Shown here one piece after another: positions 9,160 to 16,866 of a stretch of DNA of 58,832 nt. The stretch is taken from positions 1-58,832 of the IMG/VR virus record IMGVR_UViG_3300037606_000073; one strand, 5' to 3'. The first letter of the stretch is position 1; every line of letters starts with the position of its first letter. This DNA comes from a virus. Lineage: Duplodnaviria; Caudoviricetes. The position numbers and the translations under genes were made by a program. The notes beneath the pieces are model-generated. The model searched no databases. It was not told the DNA's origin and saw only the letters and a list, made by a program, of their open reading frames with translations.

Positions 9160-9387
9160 TCAGCTACCCCTCGTGGGCTCTGCTGCCAAATCAGGGGCTT
9201 GTTTTGCGAGCTTGTATATCTCGCCTAGAACCTGACATCGCCCCTGCGCAAATGCCACGTTCTGCGTTACGTTGGGGAGCCTATCCAATTCGTGACGCTG
9301 CCATTCTCCCAGCCAGTTCATAACTTCTGGGTATTGGCGCATCGTGATTGCAATAGCCTTCACAACGTCAGGGGCTGGTCGGATCAT
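9160..9387 (-). CDS. Small conserved protein downstream of portal
   Basis: ATGA-coupled to portal; AQGRCQVL motif typical of post-portal small proteins. Confidence 0.65.
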   Translation of the reverse strand: MIRPAPDVVKAIAITMRQYPEVMNWLGEWQRHELDRLPNVTQNVAFAQGRCQVLGEIYKLAKQAPDLAAEPTRGS

Positions 9388-11432
9388 CCTGCACCCCCTG
9401 TATCTCGGTTGCTCACGGTGTTTCCTTCGGTACCGCCAGCTTGGGCTCCACCGGGCTGTAGCGTCTCTGGCGAAGGCTGCCCCTGCGGTGGGGCCGCGGC
9501 AGCCGCAGTACTCGCGGTAAACTTCAGCTTGTCCCGTGAGGGAATGATCTCATCGGTTGGCATCTGCAGCCCCTTGGCAACTTCCCGCAGGATAGCCGCA
9601 CGGCCTTCGATACCAATGATCTGCATGTCGATCTCGTTAGCAGTGGCGTTAAGGAACTCAAGCCGCCGCACGTTCACAGTCTCTTTGACCGCGAGGTTGA
9701 CAGCGCCACGCGCGATAACTTCTGCGTCACCCTTGATGCTCTCGTCCTCGTCGTACCGCATGTTGTACACGAACTGGCGGTGCACGATGGCGTAGATCAC
9801 ATCGTTGTCGATGTGCATCACGACCTGCCGAATACCCTTACCCGCGGAGCCCATCAGCATGGACAGGCCCGAGGCTGTACGCCCCGCACCCTGCACGTTG
9901 GTGTCGCCGTAAATGTAGGATGGGATGCCACTGTGGTCGTCGGCCATCTTGGAGAACCGCTCGTACACTCCGAGCAACTCGTTGGCACGAGAGTCTGGCT
10001 GGTTGAACCGCACCGCCGGTGCGCTCGACCCCAGCGGGTCGTTCATAACCTGCCAGATTTTCCATGGGTGGATTTGGGTGATGTCTTCGTTCGGTGGGAT
10101 GCGCTCAAGGTTGACCTCGACCTGCGGGCCGGAGGCAATCGCCATGTTGTTGACCAGCGCGCGGACAGCGGCGTTACACACGCCCTGAATGTCTTCGATG
10201 ATGTCGGGGATACCGCGGCCCCAGAACGCCCCGGGCGTCTTGATGAACGACGTCTTAGCGTAGGGCTTCTCACCCAACGGGTCGTAGTTGAGGATCGCCT
10301 TTATGACGTACCGCCCCACAACCCACACATTGGCGTCGTACTCGCTGGCTTCGTCTGGGACTTCTTCTTCGCTAAGCCCCCACTCGCGCAGCATTTTACC
10401 GCTTACCTTGCCCCAAAACTCTAAGGCGTCGTACATATCGGTCGGGCGCATCTCGGTGTAGAACTTGCGTTCCTCCTCCTCGCGCTGCATCTCGACGTGC
10501 TCTTGAATCCATGACTGTGACGGGCCGTGCTCCAGCGTCGCCCGGATCGCCCCGTCGTCGTACCCCGGCACGCCTATTAGGTCCGCCAGCTGCGTCCTGC
10601 TCAGCTTGTGCAGCTCGAACAGGTATCCGTCGTCGATGTGTGTGACGCCCGGCTCAGGGAAGATGTTGAACGGGCTGACCCGCTCGTACTCCGGTGCCAG
10701 CCGCTCGCTGGCCTCGACCCGCGTGGTGCCGTCCTGACCTTTGCTCCAGCCCAGATGGCGCTGGCGGCGTACAATCGGGCCTTTTATGAAGGCACACGGA
10801 AATGTTACTAGGTCAGTGATGAACTCGTTGAAGGCTTCAGACCAGCCGCCCTGCGCAAACTGGTCGTCGATCTTGATCTTCATGCGGTCAACGGCGTTCT
10901 GCGCGGCCTGCATGATTTTGAAGCGGTACTCTTGGGCCACCAGCTCTTTGAGCTCAGACATCTGCGTTTCGTCCGGGGCCATGCCAGTGGACTGCACCAT
11001 AGCCACCACCTTCTGCGCAAAGCTGGACTCCAGCTCCGCGGTCTGGTCCGGCGACAGGTCAGGGATTGGCGTCGTCATCATGTCCCATGGGGGCGTACCG
11101 TTGTCCAGCAGGATGTCGCGCAGCCAGCTCTCGGCCGCCCGGCACTTCACCTCGGTAATCATCATGTAGACTTCAGAGCCGCCCTGCGTTTTGATATGCG
11201 ACAGCTTGTCTGCTTCGTACTCGCCATTGCGCTGGCGCATGGCGCGCAGCATTATGTACTCGATAGGCTTCTTGGCGAGCCGTGCGGCGTCCCAACAGGT
11301 GCGCACGTAGGCACCCAGACCGAGAATGAACGGGTCATTTTGCCGTGTCCGCACCTCACGGTCGATGCGCTCCTGCTCGTCACGAGCAAGATCGTCGTTG
11401 TTTAGGACGCGTAGTAGGGACAGCCCAGCCAT
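9384..11432 (-). CDS. Portal protein
   Basis: 682 aa following terL; YERVSPFNIFPEPG, EFWG, FWGRGIPD and RTASGLSMLM podophage portal motifs. Confidence 0.9.
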   Translation of the reverse strand: MAGLSLLRVLNNDDLARDEQERIDREVRTRQNDPFILGLGAYVRTCWDAARLAKKPIEYIMLRAMRQRNGEYEADKLSHIKTQGGSEVYMMITEVKCRAAESWLRDILLDNGTPPWDMMTTPIPDLSPDQTAELESSFAQKVVAMVQSTGMAPDETQMSELKELVAQEYRFKIMQAAQNAVDRMKIKIDDQFAQGGWSEAFNEFITDLVTFPCAFIKGPIVRRQRHLGWSKGQDGTTRVEASERLAPEYERVSPFNIFPEPGVTHIDDGYLFELHKLSRTQLADLIGVPGYDDGAIRATLEHGPSQSWIQEHVEMQREEEERKFYTEMRPTDMYDALEFWGKVSGKMLREWGLSEEEVPDEASEYDANVWVVGRYVIKAILNYDPLGEKPYAKTSFIKTPGAFWGRGIPDIIEDIQGVCNAAVRALVNNMAIASGPQVEVNLERIPPNEDITQIHPWKIWQVMNDPLGSSAPAVRFNQPDSRANELLGVYERFSKMADDHSGIPSYIYGDTNVQGAGRTASGLSMLMGSAGKGIRQVVMHIDNDVIYAIVHRQFVYNMRYDEDESIKGDAEVIARGAVNLAVKETVNVRRLEFLNATANEIDMQIIGIEGRAAILREVAKGLQMPTDEIIPSRDKLKFTASTAAAAAPPQGQPSPETLQPGGAQAGGTEGNTVSNRDTGGAG

Positions 11433-11465
11433 GGTACTCCGTCAATCACTTACCGATTTGTTGGC

Positions 11466-11494
11466 ACTATACACACGCTTTGTTTTTTCAGCAA
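11466..11494 (-). promoter_or_regulatory. Sigma70-type promoter for the portal/capsid operon
   Basis: TTGCTG-N17-TATAGT with an extended -10 TG. Confidence 0.6.
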
Positions 11495-11500
11495 GGTAAG

Positions 11501-11534
11501 AAAAAAACCCCCACTGGGGGAGAACCAGCGGGGG
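11501..11534 (-). terminator. Rho-independent terminator
   Basis: CCCCCGCTGG-TTCTCCC-CCAGTGGGGG followed by T7. Confidence 0.85.
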
Positions 11535-11585
11535 AGTAGTTCAGGCAAGCAGTGTCCAACAGGGAGGAATTGGACAGTAGTGACT
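11501..11585 (-). ncRNA. Candidate ~85-nt sRNA with two anti-SD hairpin loops
   Basis: Own promoter at 11591..11619. Hairpin UGUCCAAU-UCCUCCCU-GUUGGACA, then a terminator hairpin with loop UUCUCCC and U7. Confidence 0.55.
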
Positions 11586-11590
11586 TCACC

Positions 11591-11619
11591 TATATACTAC
11601 GTCCATCCGCTCGATGCAA
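11591..11619 (-). promoter_or_regulatory. Sigma70-type promoter overlapping the terL stop
   Basis: TTGCAT-N17-TATATA. Confidence 0.55.
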
Positions 11620-12982
11620 CCCGCTTTACATCACGGCGCTCTATCATGTGCTGTCCCTCCCCTGCGGACGCTATATGTAGCATTAGGTACTGCAGCGCTT
11701 CGGCCACGTGGCTGTGTTTGTTCTTGTCGATCCCACCGTTCTTATCGAACCGGTAGCCGCCCATCATGGCCGCCTTGAGGCGCATACACCTTGGGTCGAG
11801 CAGGAACCCCGGGTCGCCGTCGACCTGCCGCATGAGAAACTCATCCACGGAGTTGATCCGCGCGCTGACCTTGTTGGTCTTGGCCGGTATGACCCGCAGC
11901 CCTTCTGCCTTGATGATGTCGACCGCGGTCCGCTCGTCTGTCTGCGCCCGCTGCGTACCCGCTGGGTCGACGACGATCAGGATGGGCGCGCCCGGGAACC
12001 GCTCGTAGATCAGTGGCTTGAGCATCGTCCGCACGAAGCGCTGAATCCCCATGTCGAAGCTGACCAGTTCGTCGAATACCAGTGCCCGCCCCCGCGGGTC
12101 CTGCTGCCCAATCACAGCCGCCGGTGTCAGCCCGAGGTCCATCCCCACCACGATGGGTCGAGTCCCGTTACTGATAGGCCGTAGGGTCTGGCCTGCCATG
12201 TGGTAGTCCGGCCGAAAGTACTGGTAGACCGGCTTACCGTTGCTGCTCAGCCCGTACTCACCGTCGATGAACACCCGGACGTAGTCCTCGCTACGGCCTT
12301 GGATGTCGTAGTACCCCTCTGGCAGGTTCTCGACGTTCTCGGCGTAGGGGCTGCGCCCCGACGGCTGCTTGAACACATCCCAGCCGTTGTCGTTCTTACC
12401 GACCCCGTCCTTGGGGTCAATTTTCTCCATCTGGTAGTACCACCACGTGTCCATGGTTGGCGGGTTGGTGTCCCCCCACATCCCGTGCCACGTCGGCCCG
12501 CCGTCCTTGTTGGATGGGAACCGCCCGACGCGTTTGGACATGGCGTCCACGATCTCCGGCGCGATGTCCCTGCACTCGTTGAACCACGCGAAGGTAAGTT
12601 CCAGCGAGTTGAGGTTAGCCACGTCGTCCGCGTCGTCCAGCGCACGGAACATAATCTCACACTCAATATCACCGACCTCGAAGAAGTAGGTCTTGGTGGT
12701 GCGCATGTACCGCCCGCACACCCCCGGCGGGAACCAGTCGAGGAACGTCTTGATCGTGGTGTCCTGCAGCTGCCGTGCTGTCTCGCGGACCACAGCCGCC
12801 CGTGTCCTGCGCTTGCCCGTATTGGAGTCCGGTAGCTGTGCCGCCGCCCGGCGGATAACCTCAAAGCTGCAGGTCACAGACTTACCCGAGCCCACCGGGC
12901 CCATCAGCGTACGCATCTTGGCGTCGGACTTCATAAACCGCTCACCTGTCGGCGGCGGGGTGTAGTCTATGGACAAACCCAT
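11597..12982 (-). CDS. terL: Terminase large subunit
   Basis: Walker A GPVGSGKS, Walker B region AWFNECRD, DTNPP motif, RNase H-like nuclease GMDLGLTPA...HSHVAEALQY. Confidence 0.95.
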   Translation of the reverse strand: MGLSIDYTPPPTGERFMKSDAKMRTLMGPVGSGKSVTCSFEVIRRAAAQLPDSNTGKRRTRAAVVRETARQLQDTTIKTFLDWFPPGVCGRYMRTTKTYFFEVGDIECEIMFRALDDADDVANLNSLELTFAWFNECRDIAPEIVDAMSKRVGRFPSNKDGGPTWHGMWGDTNPPTMDTWWYYQMEKIDPKDGVGKNDNGWDVFKQPSGRSPYAENVENLPEGYYDIQGRSEDYVRVFIDGEYGLSSNGKPVYQYFRPDYHMAGQTLRPISNGTRPIVVGMDLGLTPAAVIGQQDPRGRALVFDELVSFDMGIQRFVRTMLKPLIYERFPGAPILIVVDPAGTQRAQTDERTAVDIIKAEGLRVIPAKTNKVSARINSVDEFLMRQVDGDPGFLLDPRCMRLKAAMMGGYRFDKNGGIDKNKHSHVAEALQYLMLHIASAGEGQHMIERRDVKRVASSGWT

Positions 12983-13199
12983 TGTGCCCGTGCTCCTGTG
13001 CCAATATCACCACGATTTCCCTCGGGCGCCCTTTTGGGCGGCGATGCGTTCTGCCGCGTGGGGGGACGATCTTCGTCCGGTACGAGTAGCCTCCACGCTC
13101 AAGCGTGAGGCGTAGGTCTTCATGTTCTTTGAGCGTTTGCAAACGTACGGCAGGAGCGCCTTCATAGGTACTACTGAAAATCGTCTGTATCGAGTTCAT
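12942..13199 (-). CDS. Hypothetical protein between terS and terL
   Basis: ATG 13199 with purine-rich RBS; overlaps both neighbours. Confidence 0.5.
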   Translation of the reverse strand: MNSIQTIFSSTYEGAPAVRLQTLKEHEDLRLTLERGGYSYRTKIVPPRGRTHRRPKGRPREIVVILAQEHGHNGFVHRLHPAADR

Positions 13200-13650
13200 A
13201 GGCTTCCCCTTCCACATCGGCTGTCAGGGTCATGGGGGGCGTGTTGTTACCGAAGTTGATGTTGATCTTCACACCACCGCCGCTGGCTGCGGCCTCATCG
13301 GTCTTGACCTCCAGTCCCGCCCACTTGATCGTGGACTTTATGAGGTCGGCCTTGACTGCTGGAGATACATCCGGGCTGTGGATCAACCCCCAAGATGTTG
13401 TGAGTAGCTCCTCTGCCTGCGCTCGGGCCTTGAGCTTGAAGGTCATGCCCTTGTCGCGGATATCGTCTCGATAGGTTTCCACGCGCTTGAGAAACACCGG
13501 GTCCTTGTTGAACACCAGCAACTCGGATGCGGTTATGCCATGCCGGTCCTTGATCTCATCCAACGCCTCCCCGCTGCCCTCAAGGGCAAGGGCGATGTCG
13601 AACGTGAGCCGGTCTGACCATTTGGTATGATGTAGCGGAAATTTATCCAT
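13171..13650 (-). CDS. terS: Terminase small subunit (probable)
   Basis: First gene of the late arm; helical protein with GGVKININFG C-terminal strand. Start inferred at ATG 13650. Confidence 0.7.
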   Translation of the reverse strand: MDKFPLHHTKWSDRLTFDIALALEGSGEALDEIKDRHGITASELLVFNKDPVFLKRVETYRDDIRDKGMTFKLKARAQAEELLTTSWGLIHSPDVSPAVKADLIKSTIKWAGLEVKTDEAAASGGGVKININFGNNTPPMTLTADVEGEAYELDTDDFQ

Positions 13651-13656
13651 GACGCC

Positions 13657-13686
13657 AAGATAGCGTGCAGTGAGGGGGTCTGGCAA
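13657..13686 (-). promoter_or_regulatory. Promoter for terS, likely giving a leaderless mRNA
   Basis: TTGCCA-N18-TATCTT, with the ATG 6 nt downstream and no SD. Confidence 0.5.
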
Positions 13687-13906
13687 GGGGGTATGCAAAG
13701 TATACAGTTTGGTTTCTGGAGGGCTTAAAAGTATACACGTTCCTTTTTCTGGCCTGTGCTTTGTGAGGTTTACTACACTATGGGGGGGCCAAAAAATCCG
13801 CTGTCCGACTGCCCCCCCGGCCCCCCGGCCCCTACGCTGCGGCGCCGCGCGGCGTGCTTAAAACTATACAAGGCAAGCCCGCAAACCCCTATAAAAACAG
13901 GCCTAT

Positions 13907-13935
13907 TTGACAAGGCGCGAATCTTTAGTCATACA
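13907..13935 (+). promoter_or_regulatory. Early promoter
   Basis: TTGACA-N17-CATACA at the start of the plus-strand arm, followed by leader hairpins. Confidence 0.5.
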
Positions 13936-13973
13936 TAACTTATCGAAACGGCAAACAAGACGCCGGGTCGACA

Positions 13974-13998
13974 GGGTGAAAGCCCGCGCTCTTTGAAA
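13974..13998 (+). promoter_or_regulatory. boxB-like GAAA hairpin plus boxA-like antitermination signal
   Basis: GGGT-GAAA-GCCC followed by CGCTCTTTGAAA, resembling the rrn/nut boxA GCTCTTTAACA. Confidence 0.5.
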
Positions 13999-14071
13999 CT
14001 GTTAGACTTTACCTAGGGATGTTGTCCCGATTATGGGACACCGCCCTTTTAATCCTCGAAAGGGAATCACT

Positions 14072-14359
14072 ATGACTAAGCGTATCGCATCCGAATTGAA
14101 CTGGATCGAAGTATCTTTGGAAGGTAATGCAGCACTTGCCAAGCGTCTCGACGCCGTGCGCCTTGCCGAAAAAGAGTATAAGGATGCTAAGTCGTCGTTT
14201 GAGGCACAATTCGTGACCGCCGCCCGCAAGAAAGGCGCACTCGACGAGGGCTTCACTCTGGCCTTCGGTTACCGCTTCGGCAAGCTCTCGGTTGCCAAGG
14301 TCACAGAGCAGGAGCAGCGCGTTACCAAGGCGAGCACCAAGCCGGTGTTCAAGCTGTAA
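14072..14359 (+). CDS. Early hypothetical protein (95 aa)
   Basis: AAGGGAA RBS; followed by the perfect hairpin GGCCAGCCC-GCAA-GGGCTGGCC (14367..14388). Confidence 0.75.
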   Translation: MTKRIASELNWIEVSLEGNAALAKRLDAVRLAEKEYKDAKSSFEAQFVTAARKKGALDEGFTLAFGYRFGKLSVAKVTEQEQRVTKASTKPVFKL

Positions 14360-14411
14360 ACACAACGGCCAGCCCGCAAGGGCTGGCCACCCTTTAATAT
14401 GGAGAAATACT

Positions 14412-14600
14412 ATGACACCACACGTTGATACTAAACTGAAGCAACTGCACTACGACGCCTATGTCAGCCGCATTGGCCAGCTGGCAGCGAGGCGGTACCT
14501 CGCCACCCGTGAAGAGCCACCTACACGCGGCAACATCCGCGCTACCATTGCCTTTATACTTTTGGCCGCGGCCGTGATCTTCATCGGCATGGTACTCTAA
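14412..14600 (+). CDS. Small membrane protein (62 aa)
   Basis: GGAG RBS; C-terminal hydrophobic helix. Confidence 0.65.
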   Translation: MTPHVDTKLKQLHYDAYVSRIGQLAARRYLATREEPPTRGNIRATIAFILLAAAVIFIGMVL

Positions 14601-14606
14601 CCACCG

Positions 14607-14640
14607 ACCCGTCTAGCGAAAGCTAGGCGGGTTTTCTTTT
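14607..14640 (+). terminator. Rho-independent terminator
   Basis: ACCCGTCTAGC-GAAA-GCTAGGCGGGT followed by TTTCTTTT. Confidence 0.85.
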
Positions 14641-14747
14641 GTCCTGCTGTCCTGCTGTCCTGCGGTCTCTTAGCGCTTTCGTCCCTCGATTCTCTCGGCA
14701 TACGTCGGGGGTCTTTAGCTCGAAACTGTACACACGCGCGCCCCGTA

Positions 14748-15226
14748 GTATACATGTAAACTTTGGAGTCATTAGTATACGTGTATAGTTAAAGTATACG
14801 TGTATACTCTCAACTAAGTATACACTTTACGCTTGTAACCTACTGAAAACAAACAACTATCTATTTTGCCCAAAAACTATCTACGTTTTTACGCTCTGTA
14901 AGTATACGTTTCAAGGGTCCGTGTATACCGGGTTTTGTGTAAGGTTTGCGGTATACAGGGAGAAAAAGCGTGTGAAACCAAGGGGATAGAGCGTGTTTAG
15001 TGTATATATACATTAGAGCAACTATCTAACTATCTATCTATCTACACATATATTAGCCCTTTCATGCGCGAATATATTCACAAGTATACACGCACCTGCA
15101 CTAAAAGATAGAGCCTCTACTGAAATAATCGTAGATAGTTAGATAGTTGTTTGTTTTCAGTAGGTTACAGCCGATTTTCGTAGATAGTTGCGTAGATAGT
15201 TTATCTAACCCACTTGGTGTATACTT
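14748..15226. other. AT-rich non-coding region with iteron-like repeats (putative replication origin)
   Basis: Eight AACTATCTA/TAGATAGTT copies, ten GTATAC palindromes, central TGTATATATACA palindrome. Confidence 0.6.
14834..15169. repeat. Perfect 30-bp inverted repeat (14834..14863 / 15140..15169)
   Basis: TGTAACCTACTGAAAACAAACAACTATCTA and its exact reverse complement, 276 bp apart. Confidence 0.95.
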
Positions 15227-15275
15227 GGGCCGCAAGCCGGAAAAACCTAGCAAAATCAAGGGCTTAACCCGAAAC

Positions 15276-15304
15276 TTGACACGGCTCGGCCGACGTGCTA
15301 GTTT
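15276..15304 (+). promoter_or_regulatory. Sigma70 early promoter
   Basis: TTGACA-N17-TAGTTT with extended -10 TG. Confidence 0.7.
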
Positions 15305-15367
15305 CAAAATCGCCAAGCCCAACCCGGCACGGTAGTATAAAATCTCTCCGAAAAGGAACTAACTATT

Positions 15368-15694
15368 ATGTTTGATAATATCTTCATGGACGTAACCGAC
15401 AACGAAGTTGACACTGTACCAGTGACTTGGGTCAATATCGCCGACCTAAGTGAACACACAACCCATCGTATACTTACCATACGTCCTCGTCGTCGGACCT
15501 ATCTACACCAGTCTGAGGCTGGTTATGACTGGGCTGCTGGTCGTGAGTTCGTGGTTACTTCCGTATCAAGCCCCTACTGTGGGCAGGTAGTGGCAGTAGA
15601 CGAACGCCGTAACCTCGTTGGGTATGGTTACACTCATGTACAAATTCACTACAACAACGTGTCAGCACCGCTGATGCTTTCCCTCGTAAAGTAA
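15368..15694 (+). CDS. Hypothetical protein (108 aa)
   Basis: AAGGA RBS, downstream of the promoter. Confidence 0.7.
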   Translation: MFDNIFMDVTDNEVDTVPVTWVNIADLSEHTTHRILTIRPRRRTYLHQSEAGYDWAAGREFVVTSVSSPYCGQVVAVDERRNLVGYGYTHVQIHYNNVSAPLMLSLVK

Positions 15695-15707
15695 GGATGA
15701 CTACGCT

Positions 15708-15980
15708 ATGAACTATACAATCGAGATCGACGAGTACAGCCTTGAGGCAACCGCCGACGTGCTGCGTATTATCAACCCCGGTAAGTCCAGTGCTGCCCAT
15801 ATCAGGGCCAGGGTCAACGCTAATATGCGGGATGGTTCCACGTCCCTTAGTACTGCTGGCTGGGAAGCTGCTGGTTTCTTCCCTGACCATAAGCCCGGTG
15901 TAATGGTAGTCCGCTTTGCTGTCGCTGCCTACACAGTACAGTGCTGGCTTGATAACAACCCCACCAAGGAGATCAACTAA
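15708..15980 (+). CDS. Hypothetical protein (90 aa)
   Basis: AAGGA RBS; TAATG coupling to the next gene. Confidence 0.7.
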   Translation: MNYTIEIDEYSLEATADVLRIINPGKSSAAHIRARVNANMRDGSTSLSTAGWEAAGFFPDHKPGVMVVRFAVAAYTVQCWLDNNPTKEIN

Positions 15981-16777
15981 TGTACGGAAGTAACGTCCAA
16001 TTACCCAGCAACCGTATGCTGTCCTACAACACAGCACTGCTCAAGTACAACTCCATCAAGCCTATCCGTGGTCGGTCAGACCAGAACACAAGGCCACTGG
16101 CCCATCGTGGCAACGACAACCTGACCATCCGGATGGAGCCAACGACCAGTGACATACTGGTCCGGCTCTACTCCACGGATATTGTCCGCTATGTCCACCA
16201 GCAGGGTGGTGACCCCGACCTAAGTCCCATCATCTTGGACCCTTATGCTTCTGTCCTGACCAACAGTGTCATGCGGTCCATCCTTGGGCCACATGTTAAT
16301 ACCTACTGGTCGAATAGTGGCCTCATCACCGAAGTGGGTGGTCGGTACTATAACACCCCGTCCTTCGTCACGGTCCAGCCAGCAGAGACCGGTTGGACGC
16401 TTGTCGATGGTTCCAAGCCCATCGAGGTGCCGGCTTTCAACCGTAAAGAGGGCAAGCAGGCCCTCAAGGACAGCAACTACTACATGTTCAAGCTATGGTT
16501 GGATACACGTATTCGTCTCAACTTGAGTCCACTTGGCCCCCGTTGGTACACTCGCAGTCCGTTTTGGACACCTAGTGAGGCTATGGCCTACCTCCGCCAA
16601 GGTGAGACTGGTTGGGCTGAGATCGCTGGTCGTACGAGAAACCGTGAACCACTGGAGGCTGAGCTGCGGTTACTGCGTGAGGCTGTCTACAAGCACGGTA
16701 TGTGCTACGACACTGAGTCGTATGAGTACTTTGGCAGCCACACCAAGCTACAAGCCGCCATGCGTAGGGTCAGATAG
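15980..16777 (+). CDS. Hypothetical phage protein (265 aa)
   Basis: AAGGAG RBS; long ORF within the operon. Confidence 0.75.
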   Translation: MYGSNVQLPSNRMLSYNTALLKYNSIKPIRGRSDQNTRPLAHRGNDNLTIRMEPTTSDILVRLYSTDIVRYVHQQGGDPDLSPIILDPYASVLTNSVMRSILGPHVNTYWSNSGLITEVGGRYYNTPSFVTVQPAETGWTLVDGSKPIEVPAFNRKEGKQALKDSNYYMFKLWLDTRIRLNLSPLGPRWYTRSPFWTPSEAMAYLRQGETGWAEIAGRTRNREPLEAELRLLREAVYKHGMCYDTESYEYFGSHTKLQAAMRRVR

Positions 16778-16786
16778 TTTGGGTGA

Positions 16787-16850
16787 TGTCGAAACGCCCT
16801 ACGGGGCGTCTGACATGGGTGGCTCCCATGTCACTGATGAGACAAGCCAT
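16787..16850 (+). ncRNA. Type II hammerhead ribozyme with loop-I/3'-tail pseudoknot; predicted cleavage after C16810
   Basis: UGUC-GAA-ACGCCC(UACG)GGGCGU-C^-UGACAUGGG(UGGCU)CCCAUGUCA-CUGAUGA-GACA-AGCCA. Complete catalytic core, all three stems, and the UGGCU loop is complementary to AGCCA. Confidence 0.93.
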
Positions 16851-16866
16851 ATAATAGGAAAAAGAT

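Noticed and set aside
13945-14000. GGCAAAC...GACGC resembling a c-di-GMP-I riboswitch
   Set aside because: The P2 stem with GNRA loop and the GCAAAG/P3 elements are missing; a simple hairpin explains it.
14640-14663. TGTCCTGC x3 microsatellite after the terminator
   Set aside because: Short non-coding slippage repeat with no evident promoter or frame effect.
14998-15015. TA palindrome as a protelomerase tel site
   Set aside because: The perfect palindrome is only 12 bp and no protelomerase is recognisable; kept only as part of the origin-like region.
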